Positions 25,953-37,722 of a stretch of DNA of 64,000 nucleotides are shown in pieces. Source of the DNA: Mayamaea pseudoterrestris (lineage: Eukaryota); NCBI GenBank assembly GCA_027923505.1, contig BROI01000003.1:1302001-1366000 (forward strand), written 5' to 3'. Numbering within the stretch: the stretch's first letter is position 1; each line of letters starts with the position of its first letter. The notes below the pieces were generated by a model, which was not told the DNA's origin, did no database searches, and worked only from the letters and a program-made list of their open reading frames with translations. Position numbers and translations under genes: made by a program.

Positions 25953-27146
25953 CTATAAAGTATCACTGTGGTTTCCACCCGGCCAACAATGGACGCTCTT
26001 TCGCTTTTCCACTTCTTGCCGCAACGATACAGCCAGTCCTGCAAACTGTCCTCGCCAGTTGCAAGCGGCGCAAATGCTGTCGTCTTCGCATCCTTTGGTG
26101 CACGTTACAAACTCACGTGCCTTCATTGCCAAAATGAGATCGTAGACGGGAAACATGACGGAATCAGCCAAGCTGTCGTAGTCAACGACTTGGTCAAGCT
26201 TTAGAAAACCAGCGTCAAGGAGTGAACGCAGCGCAGTGCTAGCCGACGTGTTTTTCGCCATATTCCTGGCACCGTCCCAAGAGTATTCTTCACGCGTGTT
26301 GAGGCTGGACATGAGAATGACGCTGTGGTTCAGCTTCATCGTCTCTCGCACTTCCATAATCCGCTTGGCGCAGTTCATATAGTCAATTCCTGGTATCTCG
26401 GCTCGCCAGTGAATCACAGAGTATGGTTCGTGACTGACAATACCCATGCCTTTCAGCAAGCTATCAACATGCTGAAAGTGCTGCGGCGCCAGGCGAAGGT
26501 ACTGCTGCTTGACACGAGCAGCTTCTGTATCAGAAACCCATTCCGATTTTTGAAACGCATATCTTCCGTACCGTCGTATTTCCAAAATCGTCGGCGCAAG
26601 CTGCGACGACCATATGGCCTCATCCACTTGAGGAATGCGTTTCATGCCATACATTAGAGGTGCGCCGACGCAGACTGGCTTCGGAGAAAAGTGGTGCATG
26701 CATATCGCCATGGCGTTACCAGCGTAGGGTTCAGTACGCTCAACAAACTCGTCGTAAGTGATAATTGAAGAATGGTACTTCTTCAGCTTGTCCATGTCTA
26801 GAACATGCGAGAGTCTCGTTAGATTGTTTCCCTTGCTTTTGCAGCTGCATAGGCGTCCTTTGCGTATGCACGGCTCGACAAAGGTAGCATTCAGTTCCTT
26901 GGACAAGACGACCATTTCGGAAAGACTGATCATCCAACTCGACATGCCTTCCATCCATCCTGACACGTAGATAAAGAGCTCCGGCGAGTTGGTGTTGTTG
27001 GTGCAATTTCTGCCGACGAGCCTCATGGCGGCGCGGTCGACTGTCATCACTTGACTTTGAAAGAGCAGTAGGACGAAGAGATGGAATCCAAGAGCAATCA
27101 AAATCAGGAGTCGCCGTCGACCAGATACAGCCTCACAAGATACCAT
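25953..27146 (-). CDS. Type II membrane protein, O-fucosyltransferase-like glycosyltransferase
   Basis: N-terminal TM; EGMSSW..SL.E...L...LNATFV.P; YSVIHWRAE; YDLILAMKAREFV. Confidence 0.55.
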   Translation of the reverse strand: MVSCEAVSGRRRLLILIALGFHLFVLLLFQSQVMTVDRAAMRLVGRNCTNNTNSPELFIYVSGWMEGMSSWMISLSEMVVLSKELNATFVEPCIRKGRLCSCKSKGNNLTRLSHVLDMDKLKKYHSSIITYDEFVERTEPYAGNAMAICMHHFSPKPVCVGAPLMYGMKRIPQVDEAIWSSQLAPTILEIRRYGRYAFQKSEWVSDTEAARVKQQYLRLAPQHFQHVDSLLKGMGIVSHEPYSVIHWRAEIPGIDYMNCAKRIMEVRETMKLNHSVILMSSLNTREEYSWDGARNMAKNTSASTALRSLLDAGFLKLDQVVDYDSLADSVMFPVYDLILAMKAREFVTCTKGCEDDSICAACNWRGQFAGLAVSLRQEVEKRKSVHCWPGGNHSDTL

Positions 27147-27634
27147 GACGAAACCGAGCTTTTAATGTTTGTTATCAGAGCAAAGCAAGCGAATGACGAA
27201 TGCGCAAGGAGGGTGCAGTAGAAATCAGCAGCAGACGTATATTTTGGAGGACCCAATCGATACAAAGCAGGTCGTATAATTTTGCTCATGTATCATCTTT
27301 GCCCCGCATTTATATGTACAACATGCTTGTACCTATCATACCGTCCTTCTTCCTCATTTACATCCACGCGACCTTCGAGAAAGTCTCGGAATTCCGTCGA
27401 CCTTTTTGTCGCGTGCGAATTTTTGGGTGGTGACGCGAGGTCGATGCGCCTTGCCGGCTCGCAAAACTGTCTGTCCGGTACTCGTTTGAATTTTGAACTG
27501 GCGAGCGAGTGGAGGGAGAGGTGCGTCGCATAACATCATCCTCATCGTCCTGTTGTTTGCCGATATGACCCACCTTTCTTCTAAATACTGAGACATTGAC
27601 CAGACATAGGAGTTTTTAAACAAAAGTTCAACGC

Positions 27635-28996
27635 ATGACGACCGATGCCGTTCAACAACGACAGGCTCGAAAAGGAGCTGTCCATTCGCATTCGCAGCGT
27701 CGGCCACGACCGTCTTCACGGCCCTCACGAAGTACTGCGAATTCATTACACAGTCAAAGCAACTTGAGAGTCATACTCTTTTTCCTATCGATCACATGGA
27801 CGTCGTATACGATATGGATGCAACGATATGTGGACTTGGATTATCGTAGCACGAGGATTGCACTCGCCGACTCCCTCCACCAATTCATGGCCGAAATGTC
27901 GTTTGGTGTTCGAAAAACGGCAGCAGATGCAGTTTTTTATGACATTGTGGTCTCTGAAGCCACGGAAGAACATATCTACGCGAGTCGGATTGTGGCAGAG
28001 CAGCTCGAGCAAATTGCATTGTCGACGGTCCAGGTGGTTTACTACATTACCCAAGGACCAGTGGAACATGAATTGATCGCCAACACATCGATGATACAAA
28101 TCATGTGCGATAGGCTTGACTTGCGATGTTATTACAAGGGTCACGTGACGAGTAAAGCTGCAACGTTGCAACAAATGTATGAATACTGTTCCAGTCTCAA
28201 CGACGAGGACCACGCCGCCCAGATTGTTTCGTACATTCACTCCAGTCCTCGCGTTACAAACTCGGAAATACCTGTCAACCGACGCCTGCGAAATATTTTG
28301 ACCGAGTCGGCACTAAGCCAAGAATGCATGAGCGCGTTGCAGCAGCCGCCATACGAGCAGTGCAACGTATGTGGGCTCCAATTCGCAACGGATCACGCGT
28401 TACGCTTCGAAGGCGACATGTGGACCGCTACATGCGCCTACGTTCGCAAACTGGTTCCTCCAAATAAGTTCCATGAGTCTTTGCAGCGAGTTGTGAAAGA
28501 AGTTTTGGTGCAACGTTCACGAGGGGAAGTCATGACAAATTTGTACCCAGACGATCGATTGAAGTTAGAAATCGAAGCCTCGACCATGGAACAATGGATT
28601 GGCTCACATCCGGATCTGATGCCTTGCGACCTTGGATCATCCGGAGTAGACTTCAGCAATTATCTAAGTGTAACTTACCAGACTGAAGATTTAGTGTGGC
28701 GACAAGCTCCGCGACAATCCGCACATGACATGCTGAGTGGTAGTCCAAATAAAATGGTACTTGAGCGCACTGAATATCGACTGCGAGAGTATCATCTATT
28801 GCCAGGACACCTTTTGAAGTGGCGAGGGCTGTATAGCGCACTACCTGGTCCGGATTCATTTGTATGGGACGTCTTCCCGGATGGGGCATTTTGGTACCTT
28901 ACCGTAGAGAAGTATGGGTTGTCGGCCATTGAAACTGTCGTGTTGGCTAGATCCATTGCGCTTTCAAAAAAAACGCATCAGATCAAGCGTTACTAA
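27635..28996 (+). CDS. Type II membrane protein, putative glycan-modifying enzyme of unknown family
   Basis: 453-aa ORF with one N-terminal TM; VSYIHS, CNVCG, FEGDMWTATC.YV.KL, EQWIGSHP motifs. Confidence 0.55.
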   Translation: MTTDAVQQRQARKGAVHSHSQRRPRPSSRPSRSTANSLHSQSNLRVILFFLSITWTSYTIWMQRYVDLDYRSTRIALADSLHQFMAEMSFGVRKTAADAVFYDIVVSEATEEHIYASRIVAEQLEQIALSTVQVVYYITQGPVEHELIANTSMIQIMCDRLDLRCYYKGHVTSKAATLQQMYEYCSSLNDEDHAAQIVSYIHSSPRVTNSEIPVNRRLRNILTESALSQECMSALQQPPYEQCNVCGLQFATDHALRFEGDMWTATCAYVRKLVPPNKFHESLQRVVKEVLVQRSRGEVMTNLYPDDRLKLEIEASTMEQWIGSHPDLMPCDLGSSGVDFSNYLSVTYQTEDLVWRQAPRQSAHDMLSGSPNKMVLERTEYRLREYHLLPGHLLKWRGLYSALPGPDSFVWDVFPDGAFWYLTVEKYGLSAIETVVLARSIALSKKTHQIKRY

Positions 28997-29517
28997 ATGC
29001 ACCAATTTTTTATGATGAGTAGCCAACAGTGGCGCGTTCTTACACTCGCCATGATCAGTCGGGTCGCAATAACATGCGTGACTTCTTGGGAGCAGCTCGA
29101 TAGCCTTGGACTTCATGACAAACGTATCCATTGGCCAGAATCAGATTTGCATTGGTAACATGTGATGTAACATTAACGCGCATTTCTACCGGAGCGGTGC
29201 CAATCGTTCATGTGATGAGAAAGTGCTTAGCGAGGCGCCATGCAAAAGCAATGGAATCCTCGAGTTCAGCGACATCTCGCTAACAGGCTCGGCATCTCTG
29301 ATAGTCTTTAAATGCGCGAAAACGTTTTTGTGGCTGACTTCTAGTAGTAGGTGGTGTACAAATCGGACAAGCTCCTGCGCTTGCTTAGAAAAAAGCCTTA
29401 CCGATACAGAATCGCGAGAAATGCTTCGGCGATGTGCGGCAACAAAGCTGTCGGTACCGCCACGAAGGATACATTAGTAACTTCAACTATGCTAGTTTTA
29501 CCTATTACCATCGTTAT

Positions 29518-30009
29518 TTACAAGGTAAGCGTGACATAGTCATGAGCCAGTCGCCAAACTTCATTTTGAAAGTCTTGCTGCTCACGAATGTGCGTAATGC
29601 TATCAACGATGAAACCATCAGCCGTCCAAGTATATGCGTATCCGCTTGAAATCAGCAACACCGTTGCACATAGAAAGGCTACCATGACAAATATCAAGTA
29701 GTCGGCTGTCAAATCCATCCACTGAAACGCCTTTTTCGCATCAATGAATGACCGGGTCGAAAATTTGTTTGATAATAAAGAATTTGTATTCGTCGGCAAA
29801 GCCGTCATTTGGGAAATGACTGTCTTTGGCTCACTCATTGGATGGTCGCTGATCGGCTCCATGACCTTGTTCGGCTCGTCATTGCTTTGCTTCAAACTTC
29901 GAAACGGCCGTGACCCGCGCGCTCTTGCGAGGCGATGCACGAATCCATGCACTGCCGTCTGGCAAAGCAAAGCTAGTAGTCCAAGGAAAGCTATCTGGCA
30001 AGTCTTCAT
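29518..30009 (-). CDS. Hypothetical protein with signal peptide and one TM helix
   Basis: MKTCQIAFLGLLALLCQTAVHG-F; hydrophobic segment followed by GYAY. Confidence 0.55.
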   Translation of the reverse strand: MKTCQIAFLGLLALLCQTAVHGFVHRLARARGSRPFRSLKQSNDEPNKVMEPISDHPMSEPKTVISQMTALPTNTNSLLSNKFSTRSFIDAKKAFQWMDLTADYLIFVMVAFLCATVLLISSGYAYTWTADGFIVDSITHIREQQDFQNEVWRLAHDYVTLTL

Positions 30010-30286
30010 ACTTCAAAATGAGATCGTGATGGCTTTGATGGCTTTGATGACATCGAGTTGAATGTGTGAGTTCAAGAGGGTTGCAAAAGCTCGACGGATT
30101 TTGAACGAGAATGACTGTTGAGTACTGGTGCGACATTTACTGCAACCTCGCACTGCCAGCAACGCACTCACCTTGTGATGATGCGCACTGACTATCGTCT
30201 TCACGACCACTATAGTTATTTCCTCCGTCCTTGCTGCTAGACTTTGATACATTTGCTGGCTTATATTATGCTATGGAAGATGAAAA

Positions 30287-31690
30287 ATGTCAATGGAGAA
30301 AGATTTGAGCTGTAGAATGACTCGCTTTCGACGGTCGCAAGTCTTGGCAGCGTACTGCTTCCTACTACTTTCGCCATTGTTGCTCATTGGAACGCACCGA
30401 AGCGGTTTGACTAGTTTGTCGACCGAGCAAGAGACGAAAGCTAAAGGTTTTCGAGATTTGGCTAGTGGTGGTTACTTGATTCGAAAGGAAAATCGACCGC
30501 CTGCGTTTCCATTCATCAATGATGTGACGATTTTTCCCACTCGGAACGTCAGTCGGCCTTGGCAATTCAACTCGTCAGCGCCGCAGCCTCCCTACAAACT
30601 CATTTTGACAGACTTTGGATGGAACCACTTCAATCAATCGCGTGGTTTAACGTTTGGTCGCTCGCTACGAAGCAGAGAATTGGTGCACGGCATGGTGGAT
30701 CATCCTTACTTTGACGCTACGATTGGTTGGTCGCAAATTGTCGACGGAACCTATATTCTTGACCTAAACACTCGCTACTATATTTTTATGGACGTTGAGA
30801 CTTGTTTCGAAAGCAATTACCCAATCTACATGGATCCTGCGGACGGCTTTGCGGCAAACGCTGACCTTGTCGGTGGACGAACCTTTTCGAAAGCAAACGC
30901 GGAGCCTTGCTACTCCATTCTTGACTGCGACTACCTTTACGAGACACTTGAAACGGTTCACAAGCATCCGAACGTGATGCTCGTTGCTTACTATTGCCGC
31001 GGATGGGGTCCGACTGCAAAGTTTCGAAAGGAATTGGTGACAACGAACCAGCTGTCAATCGTTGCCGCATCAATGAGCACGGACGAGTTCAACCCTCACG
31101 TAGACCAAGGGTTGCCGCCCGGTCGTCTAAACGCTGTGGAGCTTGGTGCAAGTGAAATCGAAGCAATCAATTCTTGTGGCGACCGGCCATATTTAGTAAC
31201 CTTTGTGGGTGAATTCAGAGCTGGTCCTCGCGAAGCCTTGCTTTACAACATGAGCAACGGCCACGATGCAATATTTTTGTCCACACGCGATTTCCATAAT
31301 CAGTTTCCTTCCATAACGTATTCGGAAATGCTCAAGAAGAGTGTCTATGGAGCAGCCCCTCGAGGCGACAATTTGTTTTCCTACCGCTTCACCGAGGTTC
31401 TTTCGGCAGGTGCGATTCCTGTGGTTCATTCGGATGGATGGGTGTTGCCGTTTCATGATGCGTTAATCAAGTGGAGCGAGACTTGCGCCATCATTATTCC
31501 CGAGGCAAAAGTGCACGAGACGGAACATATTTTGCGCGGCATTACCAAGGAAGAACGGTGTCGCCGCCAGCGCAATTGTCTGGATCTTTACCAAAAGTAC
31601 TTCTCGAGCCCGCAAGGGACTGTACGCGGAATCATTGATGCACTTGAGTTTATACAGAAACGCGACGAGCTTTTGGTAAAGCAGCAGTGA
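30287..31690 (+). CDS. Exostosin (GT47) family glycosyltransferase
   Basis: N-terminal TM; RPYLVTFVG, APRGDNLFSYRFTEVLSAGAIPVV.SDGWVLPF. Confidence 0.88.
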   Translation: MSMEKDLSCRMTRFRRSQVLAAYCFLLLSPLLLIGTHRSGLTSLSTEQETKAKGFRDLASGGYLIRKENRPPAFPFINDVTIFPTRNVSRPWQFNSSAPQPPYKLILTDFGWNHFNQSRGLTFGRSLRSRELVHGMVDHPYFDATIGWSQIVDGTYILDLNTRYYIFMDVETCFESNYPIYMDPADGFAANADLVGGRTFSKANAEPCYSILDCDYLYETLETVHKHPNVMLVAYYCRGWGPTAKFRKELVTTNQLSIVAASMSTDEFNPHVDQGLPPGRLNAVELGASEIEAINSCGDRPYLVTFVGEFRAGPREALLYNMSNGHDAIFLSTRDFHNQFPSITYSEMLKKSVYGAAPRGDNLFSYRFTEVLSAGAIPVVHSDGWVLPFHDALIKWSETCAIIIPEAKVHETEHILRGITKEERCRRQRNCLDLYQKYFSSPQGTVRGIIDALEFIQKRDELLVKQQ

Positions 31691-32064
31691 TTCTGCAGCG
31701 AACGTCAGTTCCGTCGAGCGTGATGGTGGCCAAGGCTAACAACACACAACGTGGAGCGAAAGCGTAAAGCAATGAAGATGAGCGCTCAACGACAGGTCAT
31801 TCCTCGAGCTTGATGTGCGTTGCGGATTTGAATTGAAAGAGAGCACTCGTTTACTTTGAGCGGAGTCGACGTTATTGTGGAAGGGTCGCCAGTGCGACAT
31901 ATTCTTCATTCGACGATCGCCAAATCGAGGTTCGCTAGCCTCTTGCAGAAGAAAAAGCTGATCGAATAAAGCTGAGCAAACACACCACTTACCGACAGAT
32001 TCCAAAAATACAAGCACACAAGTTTGCGTCTTTCCTATTTCTCTGAGCGCTGCCTCCGGTAGCC

Positions 32065-33444
32065 ATGCTCGATTCGGGGGTTGGTCCGAGCAGGAAAAGT
32101 GTCAAAAGATGGCGCATCGTCGCCGCCGGTTTGTTCGTGGCATGCCTTCTCACGGGATCATATCTAAATACTGTCTCCAGTATATCGTATGCCATAACTG
32201 ATCAACGAAAAGCAAATTTGAATCTTGAGCAGTACAATGGAGAATATCGAACTGGAAGCAAACACATCTCTTCGTTCATCAACGACCCGACCATTCGCCT
32301 CGACCCAAATGTCAGTCGTCCGTGGATGTACGACCCAGCACTCCCGCAGCCCACTTACAAGCTCATTTTAACAGATATTGGTTGGAACCAGGTAAATGTC
32401 ACAAAGGGATTGCTGTCTAGCCGCTCACTACGGAGTAGAGAATTACTTCAGGGAACGGTTGATCACCCCAATTTCGATCCATCCGTTCGCTGGTCGCAAA
32501 TCGTTGACGGAACATTATCACTCGATAAACGAACACAATATTATGTATTTCTTGATGTGGAGACGTGTTTTGAGAGCAACTATCCATTCTACGGTAAAGG
32601 GTTTCTTGCAAACTCTGATGTAGAAGGTGGGCGATTGTTCACGCCCGGGTACTCCCACATTTGCTACGACACTAAAAACTGCCACTACCTATTCACGGCA
32701 CTCAGAACCATTCATAAATATCCGAATGCTATAATGGTGATCTATAATTGCCGAGGTTTGGGACCGGGTCCCGCGTTTCGGAAACAACAAGCGACAAGCA
32801 AGCAACTCTCGCTGGTGGCCGAGTCGGCGCCTGGTGCCCACGTCAATCTGGTGCTCGATCAAGGCCTTGCTCCGGGAGCACTAAATGTGGTACGGTTGCG
32901 ACCGGATGAAATGGATGCTATCAACTCTTGCAATGACACTGATCGGCCATTCCTGGTGACTTTTGTTGGAACGCCAAGGCCTGGTCCACGACAGGCGATG
33001 CTTTTTAATATGAGCAATGACCGCGATGTCATTTACCTGTCAACGCGAGCATTCCAAGACAAATACTTCTTTCTTACCTTCCATGAGATGCTAAAAAAGA
33101 GCACATTTGGTGCTTCTCCCAAGGGTGATAACCTGTATTCGTACCGATTTACCGAGGTGCTTTCAGCTGGCGCCATTCCTGTAGTTAATTCCGACGACTG
33201 GCTGCTGCCCTTTCACAAATGACTCATTGATTGGAACAAATCATGCGCAATTCTCATCCCGGAGGCGCAAGTATACGAGACGGAACAAATTCTCCGGAGC
33301 ATTTCCAAGGCTGAGCGCTGCCGAAGGCAACGCAACTGTCTTGCGCTTTACAACAAGTACTTCAAAACACCACAAGGAACTGTGCGTGGGATCGTTGAAT
33401 CATTGGAACTCATTCATAGACGGACCGATTCAGCGATGCTGTAA
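32065..33444 (+). pseudogene. Exostosin (GT47) paralog with in-frame TGA at 33220-33222
   Basis: After LPFHK-TGA the same frame continues LIDWNKSCAILIPEAQVYETE...RCRRQRNCL..., matching the paralog's C-terminus, to TAA at 33444. Confidence 0.75.
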
Positions 33445-33631
33445 TATTACGTTACTTGACTGTTTTTTTAGAAATTGTTCGACGCATTGAACACTTTAGG
33501 ATATGCATTTGTAAGAATTGACACCTATTGTAAAACATAATACAACTGGATACCTTAAGCCATTTTATTGCGAAGAATAGACCACTATTGTATCGCCATC
33601 AAACGTACGGTATTTTAAGACGTTGCCATAT

Positions 33632-34558
33632 TCAGTGACTGGCGCTAGCCCTCTCCACGAATCGCTCACAGGAACACAGTGTATTGTTCAACAACATGGC
33701 AATCGTCATGGGCCCTACACCACCAGGAACGGGTGTAATCTTCGAGCAAACGGTTTTGGCCGCTTCATAATCCACATCGCCAACGAGCTTGTACGTCTTT
33801 CCGCCAGGTTTGTCTGGAACGACATCGACACTGTTAATGCCAACGTCAATGACCACAGCGCCCGGTTTCAACCAGTCACCAGTAACAATACCAGCCTTAC
33901 CGACGGCAGCGACAACCACGTCAGCGTTTCGCACAATCGACGCCGGGTCAACCGTCTTGGAGTGCACCGTCGTGACGGTAGCGTCGCGACCCAGCAGCAA
34001 GCGCGCCATGGGCTGGCCGACCAAGTTGGACCGTCCGAGTACAACGCAATGCTTTCCTTTCAAATCAATCCCCGCTCGATCCAACAAGACGAGGCAGCCG
34101 AGCGGTGTACATGGGATGGAGAATGGTGCCTCCAAAGCTTGGCCAGAGTAGAGGTAAAGGTTGGCGACATTGATTGGATGCAAACCATCCACATCCTTGT
34201 CTGGATCAATCGCTCTCAGTATCGCATTTTCGTCAATATGAGTCGGTAACGGAAGCTGCACCAGAATTCCGTGCACAGCTGCATCGTCGTTGAGTCTTTG
34301 AATCGTCTCGAGCAGCTCTAGCTGCGATACGTTATCCTCAAAGTCGAACCCCATGCTGTTAATGCCGCATGCTGCGCACGCCTTCTTCTTCATGTTGACG
34401 TACGTCTGCGAGTCGCGACGTGTTCCCACCAATACAACGGCCAAGCCAGGTGTTGTTCCTGACGTTTCCAGTAGAGATGCGACGCGATGCTTGATTTCAT
34501 CCTTTAAGAGAGCCGCGATTTTGGTGCCGTCAATGATTTTGTCGTCATCTAAAGACAT
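33632..34558 (-). CDS. folD: Bifunctional methylenetetrahydrofolate dehydrogenase/cyclohydrolase
   Basis: YVNMK, GILVQLPLP, KDVDG, PCTP, GRSNLVG.P, DVGIN, TPVPGGVGPMT. Confidence 0.95.
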   Translation of the reverse strand: MSLDDDKIIDGTKIAALLKDEIKHRVASLLETSGTTPGLAVVLVGTRRDSQTYVNMKKKACAACGINSMGFDFEDNVSQLELLETIQRLNDDAAVHGILVQLPLPTHIDENAILRAIDPDKDVDGLHPINVANLYLYSGQALEAPFSIPCTPLGCLVLLDRAGIDLKGKHCVVLGRSNLVGQPMARLLLGRDATVTTVHSKTVDPASIVRNADVVVAAVGKAGIVTGDWLKPGAVVIDVGINSVDVVPDKPGGKTYKLVGDVDYEAAKTVCSKITPVPGGVGPMTIAMLLNNTLCSCERFVERASASH

Positions 34559-35253
34559 GGTGAGGGATGAAACGCTATTAGTAGTTTGCGGATTTATATA
34601 CAACTTGGTTGACGTTGCAATGTTTCTGTTGAACGTAGTCTTGCTTGTCGAGACCTTGCTCCCAGCCAGCGTATTTGAAAATCGGACGCGAGGGACGTGC
34701 GACGAGCCAGACCGAAGCGAGGTCGCGAGCCGGACAAGAATCGTCGCCGCAACGACGGTGGAGCAAATGGAGTAGGAGGGAACGAACCGAATCGTGTCGT
34801 GCTGGATTTACTGCGGCGTGGAAATAGCAAGTAGAGGGAGTCGCCGCCTAATAGATGGAAGGAGTGGCACACCTTGCGTCGTCTCGGAAAAAGTGAACTC
34901 TCGCTGCAAAAAATGAACTCTCGCGGCCGCAGGCCGCGGTGCATCGCGCGCAATCGGAGCGAAACTTCGCTAGTCGTGCAAGCAAAAATACTGGATTTTT
35001 AACTGTTCCAAGCCATCCATGCCCAAAATTTTTGCTGCGCAGCGCCTCGAGCGGAAGGGGAGTAAAGAAGGCATGCTGCTGTTGCTGCGTTGCGCCCGAG
35101 GATGATAAAAAGTTAAAGTTGCAATGAAATACTCATAAAAACAATCACTTCAATATGCCATATGCCTCATTGGCTGTTTAAATTAGAGCAGTGTGTCCCA
35201 AGAATTGCACTATCGACCGTCAACCGTCGACGAGTCAACGAACAACAACTTAG

Positions 35254-35870
35254 CCATCCAAGGTCTGCTCCGCCGCTCCATTCCATGCGCCGTTGCGCCC
35301 CACCTAACTTGTAGTCCATTACATTGCGGTTACAATGATAGGTTGTGGTAGCATGTAAAATGAGTAGTAATGGCCATTCTTTTGTTGTGACTCAGTCGTG
35401 ACTCCCAATCCAAGGTCTGCCGCGCCGCTCCATTCCATGACCTCATAATTACCACCTGCGCCGTCGCGCCCCACTTAAGTTGTATTCCATTACATTGCGG
35501 TTACAATGAGCTATGGTAGGTTGTTGTAGCATGTAAAATGAGCATGTAATGGCCATTCTTTAGTTGCGACTCCCAATCCAAAAGTCTGCCGCGCCGCCCC
35601 ATTCCATGACCTCATAATTACCACCGGCGCCGTCGCGCCCCATCCAACTTGTAGTCCATTTAATTGCGGTTTAAATGAAACAAGGTAGGTTGATGTAGCT
35701 CATATAATGAGCATGTAATGGCCATTCTTGTGAAGTGACTCCCAATCCAAGGTCCGTCGCGCCGTTCTATTCCACGTCGCGACCCAACCAGCCTGTATTC
35801 AATTGAATTCCAATGAGCCAGGCAGGTTGTTGTAGCATGTATAATGAACATAACATGGCCATTCTTTTGA
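35254..35870. repeat. Tandem array of 4 imperfect ~130-170 bp units
   Basis: Units start near 35254, 35405, 35573 and 35742 with ATCCAAGGTC-like sequence and end near TGGCCATTCT. Confidence 0.85.
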
Positions 35871-36306
35871 AGCGCAACAAGAATTGAACAATTATTGTAT
35901 ACCATAATTGACGAGGCGACGCAAAAGCAAAAAGTGACATATGGAGGCTCACTCGGCGCGCTTCCCGAGTATGTCCGTTTTTCTCGTCTCGCGGTACATC
36001 TAGTAAAGCACATGCAACAAGTTCGGCTCGCGTTTGACCGATGACGTTGCAGTGTCCCAGTCCCGCAGGTAACTCTCGCACGAGTGTGACGTCACTCATG
36101 GCGAGAGTTTGCTGACTTCCCCCGGAATCTTCGTCATCCGTGAGGAACGCGCGGAGGGAGGTGACGTGAGTAGCGTGTCGCATCGAGACTCAAAGGTATC
36201 TTTAAGGTGTCAAGAACCCGGACACTCGCCGGCCGGTCCTTGCAAACGGCTTCGCGTGACTTTCCACGACACCATCACACTCTCACAACATCGAACAGCA
36301 ATCACC

Positions 36307-36660
36307 ATGAGCAGCAACAACAACACTAGCCTTTCCGTCTCGGATTACATGAAGCGACTCGACCAACTCGCTTCCAAGAGCCTTAGTGCCCCGGAAATAT
36401 TGGCGCAGAGCGCCGCAAAGCGACAGCCCTTGCGCAAGGTCGAAATTAACCAGCAGCAGACTACGCGCACCTCGACTGCTGCAGCCAAAGCTAACAAGGT
36501 GCGTACGGAACGGTCCTACCAACGACTGTTTGGCGAGTCTCCGCCGGCCCAACCCAGACTCCGTCGTGTGATGCGAGTATCGTGTAACGTCCGACTTTCA
36601 AATACGATTGATGATGGCGCTCCCAAAATTCTTATGGCCTCGAGTTGCAACGTTCGATGA
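36307..36660 (+). CDS. Small basic hypothetical protein
   Basis: ATG in ACC-ATG context after a CA-rich leader; no recognised domain. Confidence 0.45.
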   Translation: MSSNNNTSLSVSDYMKRLDQLASKSLSAPEILAQSAAKRQPLRKVEINQQQTTRTSTAAAKANKVRTERSYQRLFGESPPAQPRLRRVMRVSCNVRLSNTIDDGAPKILMASSCNVR

Positions 36661-36815
36661 GCGTGACACAAACGATCGGTCGATCCGACAACTGCCATAA
36701 AAACTCAGCAACGCTTGGATATACAATTTGCATCGATCAAGATCCATATTAAACTTTGTATTCAGCTCACTGACTTTGCATCTTGCTTTATCCTTTACTC
36801 CTTGATTCAATCATC

Positions 36816-37271
36816 ATGACGTTTGCTCTCTCCCGAATGCCGCTTTCCGCGCACAATCGTCAAAAATACTTCGACGACTACTGCAATCACTACTACCAAC
36901 AGCAGGAGCTCGGTATCACAAAGACGTCAATGCCGCAGCAGACGCTGGCATCATCCTTATCTTCCATGCTGACCATTCGCGCAAACGCCGAAACCAAGCC
37001 TGACGACGTTCGCTCGGAGGAAGACTCGCCACGACGTGACGACGACGACGACGCACCAGCCTTTCGGCATCGCACCGTCTGGGCCGATCCGGAATTAAAC
37101 GACCTTTGGACGCTCAAGCGCGCCACGCCAATCATGGACGAGCATGATCAAGACGATTTTGCAATCATGGAGAGTCCAACGAAAAAGAGTCGCGTGCAAA
37201 CGCTCGTGTGGTCAAATAGTGTCGACACGGACGCGAGCCACTGCTTGGAGGAGCTTTGCCGCGGTCTATAG
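36816..37271 (+). CDS. Small hypothetical protein
   Basis: ATC-ATG start, 151 codons; no recognised domain. Confidence 0.5.
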   Translation: MTFALSRMPLSAHNRQKYFDDYCNHYYQQQELGITKTSMPQQTLASSLSSMLTIRANAETKPDDVRSEEDSPRRDDDDDAPAFRHRTVWADPELNDLWTLKRATPIMDEHDQDDFAIMESPTKKSRVQTLVWSNSVDTDASHCLEELCRGL

Positions 37272-37722
37272 ATGCAATGTATCTACCACCGCCGCACCAT
37301 GGTCGAGTCTCGCGCTGATATTTTCGTCTTGATGCGTACTGTTGCGTTTGCCGCTGCCATGAATGCGCGAGCAAAATGCAGAATGATAAATACTTCAATA
37401 ACCTTTACTTACATAAACAATTATCTCTGTAACTTCATGTTGCTTATAACCTTTTAGTGTATGGTTTAAAACGTTAACTGAGGTTTGGGTTGGCGAATGA
37501 GACAGCAATATATTATGATTGCTGCGAGGACTGTCGTACTTGTGCCGTAGTCAATCATCAATCGAGTCACGGATCAGTCGGTAAAACCTAATAAAGCCAG
37601 CAAGCTGAATGACAGTTACACTCTAGTTTGACCGGCGGCAGGAGCTACACAAGTCGAAAGATTGTTTGAGCCAACATCTATGGCTCGCGACCCCATGATT
37701 TTGAATCTGCAGGGACGCTTCG

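Noticed and set aside
33220..33222. Selenocysteine codon in the GT47 paralog
   Set aside because: The aligned residue in the paralog is Ala, not Cys, and no SECIS element was recognised
35320..35380. Twister or hammerhead ribozyme (GCGGTTACAA motif)
   Set aside because: The rest of the conserved core and the pseudoknot partners are not present
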